Positions 36,916 to 46,687 of a DNA stretch of 64,000 nt are shown here, one piece after another; within the stretch, counting starts at the first letter, position 1; each line of letters opens with the position of its first letter. The notes below the pieces were generated by a model, which worked only from the letters and a program-made list of their open reading frames with translations, had not been told where the DNA came from and searched no databases. This stretch comes from an uncultured delta proteobacterium (GTDB lineage: Bacteria > Myxococcota_A > Polyangia > Polyangiales > Polyangiaceae): the NCBI GenBank assembly GCA_963716725.1, contig CAVQUB010000021.1, positions 320,001-384,000 on the forward strand. The letters run 5' to 3'. A program made the translations under genes and the position numbers.

Positions 36916-38276
36916 CACAGCACCAAGACGAGCTGGTGAGGATCCGACGGATCGATCCGAAGCGCCACGGCGGCGCCGCGAACCAGAGCGCGGGGGTCTC
37001 GGTGGTAGAGCTCGGTGGTCGCGAGGTAGCCGGAACCAGCGTCGAGCACCAGCACGCGCACGGAGATCTCCGCCACACCCATGGTGGCGTTTCCCGTCTC
37101 CACACGATGCACGATCACGCCGAGCGCCGAACGCCCCGTCGCACAGAGCTCGACCGCACGCCGCGCATCCCGCCGGTCGGCGAGGCTGAGCAAGATGAAG
37201 GGCGGCCCGATCAACGAAAAGAGCATCACGACCAGAAGCGTGATCGGATGCAGGCCGAACCCGAGGTCGAGAACCTCGCCCACGAGTGAGCCGACGATGA
37301 CCGCAGCAGAGACCAGCACGATGAGAAAGCCGACCGCTGCGAGTGCCACCAGCACCGGCGCTCCGACTTTGGAGGCGCGCCCCGCGTAGATCCGCTGGAT
37401 TGGTACCCGGGCGGCCGGCCAGCTCTGCCGACACAGATCGAGCTCGGGGTGTCGCTCCCGGAGTTCATGAGCCCGGAGTTCGAAGAGCGGCCCCCCGTGA
37501 TCGGCGAGGTGCACCAGGAGCTCGCTGGCGCGCGCGAGGTCTCCGGAGCGCTCCCAGGCGTTGGCGCGCAGGAGCGCGGCAGCGGGATCCAAATCGTTGG
37601 GCATCGGGACGTCGGTGGGGCTGTGGCCGAGGACCAAAAGCACAGCGCCAAAGTCGCCGCGCGCGGTGTCGATGCAGGCGCGGGCCATCCGATGAGCACC
37701 GTCGGCGTCGAGCTCGGCGGCGCGCGGATCGCAGCCGTCCAGCCACGCCTGCGCCGCGGCGACGTCACCGGTGAGGGCGGCTGCGCGCGCCAGGCCCGAC
37801 CGAAGAATTTGCCGGTGCCGGGCCTCCAAGAGCCCGTCGAGCGCTCCCTCCACCAACGCTCGAAGCTCGAGCATGGCGCCCGAGGCCTCGTAGTGAACGG
37901 ACAAGACGCGAGTCAGGGCGAATAGCTCTTCGGCGGCGGCGGGGTCCTTGGCCTGGGCGAGCCGGCGGCGCGCCAGCCGCCAGCGAGCGAGCGCCTCGGG
38001 GACGTTCCACGGGATCAGCCGATCGCCCGCGCAGATCTGTGCGATCGCGCTCGGCACCCGCGGTGGCACCGCGTCCTGTCGGCGAAGCAGCGCGAGCCGC
38101 TCGGCCTCGGGCAGCCTCGGACCGATGACGAGCGGCTGGTCCTCCCGCGTTGCCAGCGTTTGTTCGTCTCGGCAATAGCGACAGATCACCGTCCCGCCGC
38201 CAGAGCGGCCTTCCAGGGGCGCTCCGCAGGTCTCGCAGGGCACGACCCTGAGGTCAAACTGGAAGAACGTCGCCAC
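36915..38276 (-). CDS. zinc-ribbon + helical repeat + 2-TM membrane protein (paralog 1)
   Basis: CETCGAPL..CRYC; LLRANAWER; two TM helices; C-terminal domain ending IDPSDP. Confidence 0.8.
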   Translation of the reverse strand: MATFFQFDLRVVPCETCGAPLEGRSGGGTVICRYCRDEQTLATREDQPLVIGPRLPEAERLALLRRQDAVPPRVPSAIAQICAGDRLIPWNVPEALARWRLARRRLAQAKDPAAAEELFALTRVLSVHYEASGAMLELRALVEGALDGLLEARHRQILRSGLARAAALTGDVAAAQAWLDGCDPRAAELDADGAHRMARACIDTARGDFGAVLLVLGHSPTDVPMPNDLDPAAALLRANAWERSGDLARASELLVHLADHGGPLFELRAHELRERHPELDLCRQSWPAARVPIQRIYAGRASKVGAPVLVALAAVGFLIVLVSAAVIVGSLVGEVLDLGFGLHPITLLVVMLFSLIGPPFILLSLADRRDARRAVELCATGRSALGVIVHRVETGNATMGVAEISVRVLVLDAGSGYLATTELYHRDPRALVRGAAVALRIDPSDPHQLVLVL

Positions 38277-38537
38277 CGCTGGGCGAATCTAGCGCGAAGC
38301 GACGCGAACCAACCCGAGAATCGCCCGCGTGGGACGGGACTCACGATCCTGGTGAGCGGGTTGCAGCCGAGGGACCCGCCGCCGTCGAGCAGAGGCAATT
38401 GCCGGTGGCCTGCACGCTCTCTTCTGGCAACCCGCCCCCGCCGCCACAGCATCCTCGCCGCGCGCCCACGTTCACGCAATCGACCACCGCCGCGAGCGCG
38501 TACCGCTGCGGCGTGCTGGGCGGACCGGCGCCACCCT

Positions 38538-38630
38538 TGGGCGGGCACCGAAGCGATCGTCTGGGGCGGCTTGCAGGACCAAAACACCTACGCAGCCGAC
38601 GGCAAGATCTACCGACCCGCGCCGCTGTGA
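38538..38630 (+). pseudogene. orphan 3' tail of a Kelch-repeat gene
   Basis: WAGTEAIVWGG...DGKIYRP then stop; the upstream sequence in frame is not Kelch-like. Confidence 0.55.
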
Positions 38631-38694
38631 GCCGTCCAGGCGGCGAAGGTGACGCTGCTCGCCCCAGACGCGGGGGCATGGTCGCGCCGCACGC

Positions 38695-38943
38695 TCAGCT
38701 TTGCGAACGCGCTGCCCGGGCTCTCTCCCGCAGCATGAACAGATAGAGGCTCTCGACCTTCTCGCGGGCCCAGGGGGTGCGCCGGAGAAACTTGAGGCTC
38801 GAGGCAACGCTCGGATCCGCTTGGAAGCAGCGGATGTTCACCCGCGTACCGAGATCGGGAAAGCCGTAGTGCTCGACCAGATCGGTGACGATCTGCTCCA
38901 ACGTGACGCCGTGGAGCGGGTTCTTGGGTTGCTCGTCGCTCAT
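38695..38943 (-). CDS. VF530/DUF2132 family protein
   Basis: [13 protein letters not shown]-like [26 protein letters not shown] signature. Confidence 0.92.
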   Translation of the reverse strand: MSDEQPKNPLHGVTLEQIVTDLVEHYGFPDLGTRVNIRCFQADPSVASSLKFLRRTPWAREKVESLYLFMLRERARAARSQS

Positions 38944-38956
38944 GCGCGGGCCGGGC

Positions 38957-39976
38957 TCACATCACCGGCCGCTCGCCGAGCCCCACCGCGGCCATCAGCG
39001 TGCGGCGCACGTAGACAGGCACCATCTCGCGTCGGTAGTCCGGATCACCAGGGATGTTCGAGAGCGGGTGGCACTGCTGGTGGGCACGCTCGGCGACTTG
39101 CGCCACTGCGGCTACGAAGTCGGCCTGGCCCGGCCTGGTGCCGCGCAGCGTCTCCGCGACGTCCTTCACGTGGAGCGGGCGTGTTTGCAACGCCACGACC
39201 GCGACGTCCGCGTCGGCGACCACGGCGCCGTCGAGATCGACCCGCACCGCGATGCCCAGCTGCGGAAAATCGAAGGAGCCGCGCTCCCGCAGCTTGCCGT
39301 AGGCGCCGCGGTGTCCGGGGTGCTGCGCCGGAACACGCACGCTCACCACCAGCTCGTCGAGCCGGGTCTTCTTGTTGAAGATGCCGTCGGCCTTCCAGAG
39401 ATCGTCGACCTTCATGCGACGCTCACCGCCGTCCCGGCTGCGGAGCACGAGCTCGCCGCCGAGGCTCATCAGCGCGGGCGCGGTGTCGTTGCTCGCAGCC
39501 GCGACGCATTTCTTCCCGCCGGCGACCACATGGCAGAGCGTGCCGTCCTTCTTGAGGCAGTAGCCCAACGCCTTGCGCCAGAAATGCGTCTGGTTGATGT
39601 AACGGCAGCGGGTGTCGAGCATCACGTTGCCGCCGAGGGTGCCCATGCGGCGGATCTGCGGGCTCGCGACGATGCTGGCCGCTTGGGCCAGCGCCGGCGC
39701 GCGCGTGATCACCTCCGAGTGGTTCGCCAGCTCGTCCAGGGGCGTCATCGCGCCGATCACCAGCGCCCCGTCGGCGTCCACCGCGATGCCGCGGAGCTCC
39801 GCGACCTTTGCCAGCGACACCAGCACCTCGGGCGCCAGCAGCTGGTGCTTGAGGTTCGGCAACAGATCGGTGCCGCCAGCGATGGGCAGCGCGCGGCCAG
39901 CGTGATCCGCGAGCAGCGCCAGGGCGCCGTCCAGCGTAGTCGGGTTCTCGACGGTGAACTCGGGCAGTCGCAGCAT
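38957..39976 (-). CDS. hcrB: xanthine-dehydrogenase-family FAD subunit with [4Fe-4S] insert (4-hydroxybenzoyl-CoA reductase beta-like)
   Basis: [16 protein letters not shown], four-Cys insert TRC..NQ..FWR....C.K..G..CHV.....C, R.SFDF. Confidence 0.82.
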   Translation of the reverse strand: MLRLPEFTVENPTTLDGALALLADHAGRALPIAGGTDLLPNLKHQLLAPEVLVSLAKVAELRGIAVDADGALVIGAMTPLDELANHSEVITRAPALAQAASIVASPQIRRMGTLGGNVMLDTRCRYINQTHFWRKALGYCLKKDGTLCHVVAGGKKCVAAASNDTAPALMSLGGELVLRSRDGGERRMKVDDLWKADGIFNKKTRLDELVVSVRVPAQHPGHRGAYGKLRERGSFDFPQLGIAVRVDLDGAVVADADVAVVALQTRPLHVKDVAETLRGTRPGQADFVAAVAQVAERAHQQCHPLSNIPGDPDYRREMVPVYVRRTLMAAVGLGERPVM

Positions 39977-39980
39977 GGCT

Positions 39981-42341
39981 CTACTCCGCCGCCTCGACCG
40001 GGCGATCGCGCCGACGTTCGACCCGGTCGCTCTGCTCGCGCAGCGCCGCCAGGACCTTGGCCGGCCGGAACGGCAGCTCGCGCAGGCGCACGCCGACGGC
40101 GTCGAAGACCGCGTTGGCGATGGCGGGGATGGCCGAGTGCAGCGGGCCTTCGCCGGCTTCCTTCGCGCCGTAGGGCCCCTCGGGATCGATGCTCTCGACG
40201 ATCCACGACTCGATCTCGGGGGTGTCGAGGCTGGTCGGGATCGGGTAGTCGAGCAGCGACGGCCCCGCGTGCAGCCCGCGCGCGTCGACGGCGTGGTTCT
40301 CCATGACCACTTCGGCTGCGCCCATGTACACCGATCCGTCCATCTGACCCGCGACCAGCGTGGGGTTGATCGCGCGCCCGCAGTCGTGGGCGACCCAGAT
40401 CTTGTTCACGACGATGCGGCCGGTCTCGACGTCCACCCGCACGTCGGCAATGTGCGCTGTGAAGGAGTACGCGGGCGACGCGCCGATGGTGCCCCCGCGG
40501 TACTTCCCGCCCAGCTCCGGCGTGTTGTAGGAGCCCGTCGAACCGAGAGTGTCGTGCTTGGCCTCGGTGAGCTGAAACGCCTCGCGCACGCTCATCCTGT
40601 GAGTCACGTCGGCCAGATCCACCACCTCGCCCAGCGCCATCTGGATGCGCTCGGGGGCGACCTGCCACTTCTCGGCGACGGTCTCGACGATCTTGCCGCG
40701 GAGCTTGCGACAGGCGTCGATGGTGGCGTTGCCCACCATGAAGGTCACGCGACTGGAGTACGCTCCGAGATCCACCGGACACAGATCGGTGTCGGCCGCG
40801 ACGACCCGCACGTGATCCGGCGACAGCCCGAGCTCTTCGGCGACGATGCTGCGCACGACGGCGTTGCTGCCCTGCCCGATGTCGTTGCCGCCGGTGAAGA
40901 CCGTGACGATGCCCGATCGATCGAGCTTGAGCTGCACGCCCGCCTGCGGCATCTCGTTGGGATAGACCGGGTAGTTGGTGCCCGAGATGTACATGCTGCC
41001 CGCCACGCCGAGCCCACGGCCGTAGGGCAGCTTGCCCCGACGATGCTTCCACTCGCTGGCCTGCTCGACCGCCGCCAAGCACTCGAGGAAGCCGTTCGAC
41101 GTGATGCGCTGACCGTTGACAGTCTGGGTGTGCGAGCCCTGGGAGTTCTTGCGACGGACCTCGATCGGGTCGAGGCCGAGGGCGTCGGCGACCTCGTCGA
41201 GCTGCACCTCGAAGGCGAAGCGCGGCTGCACCGAGCCGTGGCCGCGCTTGGGCCCGCAGGGCGGCTTGTTGGTGAAGACCCGCGTCGAGTCGAAGCGGTA
41301 GGTCGGAAAATCGTAGGGACCGGTCAGGAGCTGCCCGGAGTAGTAGGTCGTGACCAGACCGAAGGAGCTGTAGGCGCCGCCGTCGATCAAGATTCTGGCG
41401 TCCACCCCGGTCAACCGGCCGTCTTTTTTGGCGCCGGTCTTGTAGCGCAGCTTCATCGCGTGCCGGCCGCGGTGCGCGTAGAAGACCTCTTCGCGGGTGT
41501 AGAGCATCTTCACCGGGCGTCCGGTGACCATGGCCAGCTTCGCCGCGCAGAATTCGAGGCTGAAGGGATCGCTCTTGCCGCCGAAGGCGCCGCCGAGGCA
41601 GGGCTGGATCACCCGGATCTGCTGCTCGGGGAGGCCGAGCACCTTGGCCAGCGCGCGGTGCACGTAGTGGGTGATCTGCGTCGCGCTCCAGACCGTCAGC
41701 ACGCCGTCGGGAGACAGGCGCGCGACCGCACAGTGGGGCTCGATGGCCGCGTGCGTCGTGCTGTGAAATCCGAACTCACCCTCGAGCACGACGTCGGCAC
41801 CGGCCATGGCGCCATCGACGTCGCCGAAGTCGAGCAGCACGTGCTTGCTGACGTTGTTCTTCTTGTCCTCGTGGATCTTCGGCTCTGCGTTGGCGAGGGA
41901 GTCTTCCGGCGTGAGGAAGGCGTGGAGCGGTTCGTACTCGACGACGATGGCGTCGAGCGCGCGGGTCGCCGTGTCTTCGTCCACTGCCGCTACTGCGGCC
42001 ACGGGATCGCCGACGAAGCGCACTTTGTCCACCGCCAACGCCGTCTCGTCCTCCGTCCACGGGATGACGCCGTAGCGCGCCGGCAGATCGCGGCCGGTGA
42101 TCGCCGCGTGGACGCCCGGCATCGCCAGCGCCTTCGAGACGTCGATGCTCTTGATGCGTGCGTGGGGGTGCGGGCTCCGGAGCGTCTTGGCGTGCAGCAT
42201 GCCCGGCAACTGAATGTCGTCGGTGTAGACCGCCTCACCGGTCGCCTTGGACAGACCGTCGGGCTTGCGCTGCGGCTTGCCGACGACGGAGAACCCTCCC
42301 TCCCACGGCGGGTTCGGGCCGTGGATGTCACGCGCAGCCAT
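39981..42341 (-). CDS. hcrA: xanthine-dehydrogenase-family molybdopterin subunit (4-hydroxybenzoyl-CoA reductase alpha-like)
   Basis: KATGEAVYTDD, LRSPHPHARI, GGAFGGK, RGHG, GQGS, SSRVT, AHDCGRAINP, GAKEAGEG. Confidence 0.82.
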   Translation of the reverse strand: MAARDIHGPNPPWEGGFSVVGKPQRKPDGLSKATGEAVYTDDIQLPGMLHAKTLRSPHPHARIKSIDVSKALAMPGVHAAITGRDLPARYGVIPWTEDETALAVDKVRFVGDPVAAVAAVDEDTATRALDAIVVEYEPLHAFLTPEDSLANAEPKIHEDKKNNVSKHVLLDFGDVDGAMAGADVVLEGEFGFHSTTHAAIEPHCAVARLSPDGVLTVWSATQITHYVHRALAKVLGLPEQQIRVIQPCLGGAFGGKSDPFSLEFCAAKLAMVTGRPVKMLYTREEVFYAHRGRHAMKLRYKTGAKKDGRLTGVDARILIDGGAYSSFGLVTTYYSGQLLTGPYDFPTYRFDSTRVFTNKPPCGPKRGHGSVQPRFAFEVQLDEVADALGLDPIEVRRKNSQGSHTQTVNGQRITSNGFLECLAAVEQASEWKHRRGKLPYGRGLGVAGSMYISGTNYPVYPNEMPQAGVQLKLDRSGIVTVFTGGNDIGQGSNAVVRSIVAEELGLSPDHVRVVAADTDLCPVDLGAYSSRVTFMVGNATIDACRKLRGKIVETVAEKWQVAPERIQMALGEVVDLADVTHRMSVREAFQLTEAKHDTLGSTGSYNTPELGGKYRGGTIGASPAYSFTAHIADVRVDVETGRIVVNKIWVAHDCGRAINPTLVAGQMDGSVYMGAAEVVMENHAVDARGLHAGPSLLDYPIPTSLDTPEIESWIVESIDPEGPYGAKEAGEGPLHSAIPAIANAVFDAVGVRLRELPFRPAKVLAALREQSDRVERRRDRPVEAAE

Positions 42342-42431
42342 GCCGGTTTCCTAACGCGGAGCACCTCGACGGGCAAGAGCAGGTCTCGGCCTCGACCAGC
42401 GCCCGCGAGAAGAAAGACTTGGACGCTGGCC

Positions 42432-42650
42432 AAGGCCAACATGCCCGGCAAGCGCGACGGGCGCATCGCCTTCCGGCTGGACGGCAAGCTGAGCGCGGAT
42501 TTCCAGAACCTGCGCTTGCGCGAGATCGACAGCCTGAAGATCGACCGCTTCCAGCTCGCGCTCCAGATCGGGAGCAACAAGACCGGCGAGGCAACGAAGT
42601 GGTACGATGACGTCGTCGCCGCCAGCTCGTACATCGGCCCGATGAAGTGA
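42432..42650 (+). pseudogene. orphan 3' end of a polysaccharide-lyase/concanavalin-like gene
   Basis: KAN.PGKRDGRIAF.LDGKL.ADF.NLRLR...KWYDDVVAASSYIGP-stop; no start or 5' part, since hcrA begins 90 bp away on the other strand. Confidence 0.6.
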
Positions 42651-42796
42651 GCGTTTCGCTCGGCGTGGCAGCGCCGGCGCGTTCTGGGTGCGGCTCGCGG
42701 CGCCGTCCGCCGCCTCCGGCCGGCGGCGCAGATGGGCATGCCGCCCGCGCTAAATGACTCGCACAGCTCCTGGGCTCCATTCGATATGCTGTTCTG

Positions 42797-43765
42797 GTGC
42801 GCGTCCGGATCACCAAGTGTCATGCCTGCGGCGGAATGAAGCAGCTGCCGTCGGCGACCGCCTACGTGTACTGCGACTTCTGCGGCGCGCTCGCAGACTG
42901 GGACTTCAACACCGCCTGCAGCGCGGGCAACGCGCTGCCGGGACCGGCCTACGAGGCCCTCGCGCGCCAGCTCGCGCCGGCGATGAACCACGCAAAGCTC
43001 CAGCGTGACACGGCGACGCTGAAGGCGCTGTACACTCAGCTCTTCGCGCGACACGTCGAGCTCTGCCCGTCGTCGTACTCGCCGCGCATCCGAAGCCCCG
43101 GGTTTCGCGGGCGCTTCCTGGACTACTACTCGGACATGATGATCGTGCGCGACCTCGACCCGCGCGTCGCGCAGCTCTCTGGACTGCTCAACCAGCGCAT
43201 CGCCGAGCTGCGCCAAGCGCGCTCCCTAGGCTCCGGCGGGATGGCCGTGAGCTTCTTCGGCCTGGTGGTCGCCTCGCAGCCCATGAGCACGCAGTTCCCC
43301 GATGCGCAGTTCTGGGCGGTTTATCAGGCGTTCCGCCAGCAGTATCGCGCCCACATGGACGGGATGTCGCAGGTCGGAGTGATCGCCAAATACCCCGACC
43401 CGGTCAGGCCCGAGCTGCTCGAGCGCATCGGCGTGTCGGCCTTCGTGCAGGGCTGGCTGTCTTGGATTTCGCCGGCCATGCAGGGCTACCTGCTCGATGA
43501 CGCGAAGCTCCGCGACGCGTACGTCGACATCACGCCGCCGGCGCTCTTGCTCCGGCGCTGCGGGCGCTGCGGCACCCGCGTGGACACGATCACCGGCGCT
43601 TGGTGCGTGGTCTGCTTCACCTGCGGCGAGAAACTCGACGTCAAACAAGCCGAGGTCACCTGCCCCGGCTGTGGCGGACCGTCGTCGGTCGTCGACGGCA
43701 GCGAGGGCTTCGCCTGCCCGTTCTGCGGGGTGCGGGCGGAGCGGGTGCGCGGGGCCCTCGGCTGA
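42797..43765 (+). CDS. hypothetical protein with N- and C-terminal zinc ribbons
   Basis: CHAC..CDFC at the N-terminus; CGRC, CFTC, CPGC, CPFC at the C-terminus. Confidence 0.78.
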   Translation: MRVRITKCHACGGMKQLPSATAYVYCDFCGALADWDFNTACSAGNALPGPAYEALARQLAPAMNHAKLQRDTATLKALYTQLFARHVELCPSSYSPRIRSPGFRGRFLDYYSDMMIVRDLDPRVAQLSGLLNQRIAELRQARSLGSGGMAVSFFGLVVASQPMSTQFPDAQFWAVYQAFRQQYRAHMDGMSQVGVIAKYPDPVRPELLERIGVSAFVQGWLSWISPAMQGYLLDDAKLRDAYVDITPPALLLRRCGRCGTRVDTITGAWCVVCFTCGEKLDVKQAEVTCPGCGGPSSVVDGSEGFACPFCGVRAERVRGALG

Positions 43766-43808
43766 CGCACGGCGTCGCTCGCTGCTCGGGTTCCGCGTTC
43801 TTCGCGCG

Positions 43809-43889
43809 GGCATCAACCACACCGGCGAAGCCGAGAGATGATACGATGACCTCGTCGCCTCCAGCTCGCACATCGGACCGATGGCGTGA
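43809..43889 (+). repeat. diverged direct repeat of 42570-42650 (second copy of the gene tail)
   Basis: Ungapped 81-nt alignment, 64/81 identical by manual count; carries an internal TGG>TGA stop. Confidence 0.85.
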
Positions 43890-45286
43890 GCGGGGCGAGG
43901 CTCGGTCAGATGCTTCATCGATTCGTCTGTCTATTCGCCCTCGGGCTGGTCTTCGCGGCGTGCAGCTCCGACGATGGCGCAGAGCCCAGGCCCCAGGACG
44001 CCGGCGCCGACGTCGGGAGCGACTCGGCGGTCGAGGCGAGCACCGACGGCGGCAGCGACGCAGCCCCCGATGCGAGCAGCGACGGAGCAGCCCCCAAGCT
44101 GCTCTTGCCCAAGTCGGGGCTCGCTCCCGGCGAGCTCGGTGTGCTGGTCAACCAGTCCGATCCGCAGTCGCAAGCGGTCGCCGCCCACTACGTGGCTGCC
44201 CGGAAGATCCCCGCCGCGAACGTGGTCACGCTCTCATTTCCGGTGACCGAGGTGATGACCGAGGCGGACTTCGCCATCGCCAAGGCTGCGGCCGACGCGG
44301 CGCTCGGCCCGAAGATCCAGGCGCTCGCCATCACCTGGACGACTCCGTATCGCGTGTCGTGCATGAGCGTGACGAGCGCGTTTGCGCTGGGCTTCGACAA
44401 GAAGCACTGCAACACGACCGGGGGCGCCTGTGGACCCACGGCCACCGTGCCGACCTTCGATAAAGACACGGTGGCGCCCTTCACCGATCACGGCGTCCGC
44501 CCCGCCATGATGCTGGTGGGCAAAGACGTCGCCACCGCCAAGTCCTTGATCGATCGCGGCGTGGCCTCCGACGACACCTTTCCGGCCGGCGACGGCTGGC
44601 TCGTCCGCACCACGGACACCGCGCGGAGCGTGCGCTGGCCGGCCTTCGTGGCGCTGACCGGCGAGTGGAACGATCCGAAGGTGATGAAGCTGAGCTACGT
44701 CGACAACTCGGCGGGCACGGGCAAAAACTCGATCGAGAACCAGAAGGACGTCTTCATCTATTTCACGGGGCTCGCCACCGTACCGGGCATCGATACCAAT
44801 ACCTATCGGCCCGGGGCTATCGCGGATCACCTCACCAGCTACGGCGGCAAGGTCCCTACCAGCGGACAGATGAGCGTCGCGAAGTGGATTGAAGCGGGCG
44901 TGACCGGCAGCTTCGGCACGGTGGTAGAGCCTTGCAACTACACCAGCAAGTTCCCGGACCCTCGGGTGGTGGTCCCGCGGTACTACCGCGGCGAGACGCT
45001 GATCGAGGCGTACTTCAAGAGCGTGCTCACGCCCGGCGAGGGGCTCTTCGTGGGCGAGCCGCTGGCGCGACCCTTCGGCGCCGAGCCCGTCACCTTTGCG
45101 GGCGGAGTGCTGAGCGTGCAGACGACGCACCTCGATCCGAAGCACAGCTACGCCATCGAGGCGGCAGACAGCGAGAACGGGCCCTTTTCGCCGGTCCAAA
45201 CCGGGATCACTGTGCCCAGTCATCAGCGTGTGACCTTGAGCGTCTCGCCGGCAGACAAGGCCGTGTATCGCCTCGTTCGCGAGTGA
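43886..45286 (+). CDS. TIGR03790-family lipoprotein (start GTG 43886 or ATG 43910)
   Basis: Lipobox FAAC; VLVN..DP.S..VA.HY..AR.IP, GAIADHLTSYGG, W..AG.TGSFGTV.EP, KFP, GEPLA.PF. Confidence 0.85.
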   Translation: MSGARLGQMLHRFVCLFALGLVFAACSSDDGAEPRPQDAGADVGSDSAVEASTDGGSDAAPDASSDGAAPKLLLPKSGLAPGELGVLVNQSDPQSQAVAAHYVAARKIPAANVVTLSFPVTEVMTEADFAIAKAAADAALGPKIQALAITWTTPYRVSCMSVTSAFALGFDKKHCNTTGGACGPTATVPTFDKDTVAPFTDHGVRPAMMLVGKDVATAKSLIDRGVASDDTFPAGDGWLVRTTDTARSVRWPAFVALTGEWNDPKVMKLSYVDNSAGTGKNSIENQKDVFIYFTGLATVPGIDTNTYRPGAIADHLTSYGGKVPTSGQMSVAKWIEAGVTGSFGTVVEPCNYTSKFPDPRVVVPRYYRGETLIEAYFKSVLTPGEGLFVGEPLARPFGAEPVTFAGGVLSVQTTHLDPKHSYAIEAADSENGPFSPVQTGITVPSHQRVTLSVSPADKAVYRLVRE

Positions 45287-45296
45287 GCACCTCCGC

Positions 45297-45420
45297 TCAG
45301 CACACCAGCGCGAGTCGAAGGTCGGAAACGCGCAGGCGTGCGCAGACTCCCCAGGGCAGCTCGATTCGGTCGCTCTCGATCCCGTCGCCGAAGACCACGC
45401 CGCCCGACGGGTGCTCGAGT
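45297..45420 (-). pseudogene. orphan 3' tail resembling the C-terminus of an NAD-kinase-like protein
   Basis: Manual translation GGVVFGDGIESDRIELPWG...RLALV-stop; no start codon or 5' domain. Confidence 0.45.
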
Positions 45421-45570
45421 TCGCTCGCGTCGGCGCGGCTCAGGAAGGCCGCCTCGCCGTCGGGGTCGGGCTTCTCAGGGGCTTTCTTGCTGGACTTGCC
45501 CGGGGCAACGGCGCGCGCCCCGGTGCGCGGCCGCCACCTGCTCGCCGCCTCGGAGGCCGAGTGAATCGCC

Positions 45571-46626
45571 TCACTCGTCGTCGGCGGGGCCCACGTCGCC
45601 GACCACGGCCGCGCCCCAGCGTTTGGCCGTCGGCCGCTCGATGGTGCGGGCGAGTTTGTCGCGCTGGTCCGCCTTCACTATCGCCAGCAGCGTGGAGATG
45701 TACGCCACCCGGTGGGCCATGCGCGCTCGCGGCCCGCGACCCAGATCGAGACCGGCCGCGCTGAACGTGGGCTTGTTGAACGCGGCGAGCAGGCCCCGCA
45801 TCCGCCCGGCGCGCGCTTCGCGTTGGGCTCGGTTTCTGAGCTCGACGTCGAAGCGGATCAGGATGGCCTTGACCCGCTGTTGCTGCTTTTCGTCGAGATC
45901 GAGCAGCTTGGTCACGCGGGCGAGGCGCCGCTGCGCGCGGTCGGCGCGTCGGGTTTCTTCCGCCTCCGCGTTGGCCTTGGAGGGCTTGCCCGCCTTGGAC
46001 GACTTGCCCGCCTTGGCGGCCTTGGCCTCGGCGGCGGCCTTCTCCGCGGTGCTCGGGTACTTCTTGCGAAGACCGTCCACGAGCTCCTTCCGCTGCTCGT
46101 CGTCGAGCAAGGCATGCAGATCGACCAACGCGGCGGCCTCCGCGGCGTTCCGCGTTCGCGCGATTCGATCGAGCGTGGCGTAGTGCGGTTGCAGCTTCTG
46201 CTCGGCGATCTGACCCGCCTTTACGCCCTCGAGCACGGCCGCGACGAACAGCTTCAGAGCGGCTTTCGTCTCTTCAGCCTCCTTGGGATCGGCGGCCAGG
46301 CGTTCTTCAATGGCCTCGAGTTTGCTCTTCTGCTCGTCGGAGAGCTCCACGGCGCGCGCGCGGATCATCAGCTCGCCGGCGACGTCGCGGCGCAGCACCA
46401 CCCGGGGCTTCTCGGGCGGAGCTTCGGCCGAGGCCGAAGGCCCGGGCGCGGCGGAAGGTGCGACGCTCGCCGACGACGGCGGCTCCTCGAGGTCGGGCAG
46501 CTGGGGCGCGCTCGGAGCTGCGCTCGCGCTCGCGGCGGCCGACTCCGAGGTCGTCTTCTTCCCGCAGCCGAGGGGCAGCGCGACGAGGGTCAGCACCAGC
46601 AGTGCTTGGCGTTGCAGCGACGTCAC
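45571..46626 (-). CDS. helical lipoprotein, Spy/CpxP-like repeats
   Basis: Lipobox PLGC, Ala/Pro linker, repeated L(S/D)xEQ(K/R) helices. Confidence 0.68.
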   Translation of the reverse strand: MTSLQRQALLVLTLVALPLGCGKKTTSESAAASASAAPSAPQLPDLEEPPSSASVAPSAAPGPSASAEAPPEKPRVVLRRDVAGELMIRARAVELSDEQKSKLEAIEERLAADPKEAEETKAALKLFVAAVLEGVKAGQIAEQKLQPHYATLDRIARTRNAAEAAALVDLHALLDDEQRKELVDGLRKKYPSTAEKAAAEAKAAKAGKSSKAGKPSKANAEAEETRRADRAQRRLARVTKLLDLDEKQQQRVKAILIRFDVELRNRAQREARAGRMRGLLAAFNKPTFSAAGLDLGRGPRARMAHRVAYISTLLAIVKADQRDKLARTIERPTAKRWGAAVVGDVGPADDE

Positions 46627-46687
46627 GCAGAGACGAGAGCACACACGTCGCGCCGTCGCAACGAGATGACCTATAGTTGCGACCCCG

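Noticed and set aside
36916..37434. N-terminal extension of the 622-aa ORF
   Set aside because: Out-of-frame overlap with the paralog upstream; the real start is ATG 36915.
39954..42430. 898-aa plus-strand ORF
   Set aside because: Antisense shadow of the Mo subunit gene, typical of high-GC DNA; only its last ~73 codons look like a real remnant.
43839..43841. In-frame TGA as possible selenocysteine or readthrough
   Set aside because: It aligns to a Trp (TGG) codon in the other copy, consistent with a nonsense mutation in a remnant.
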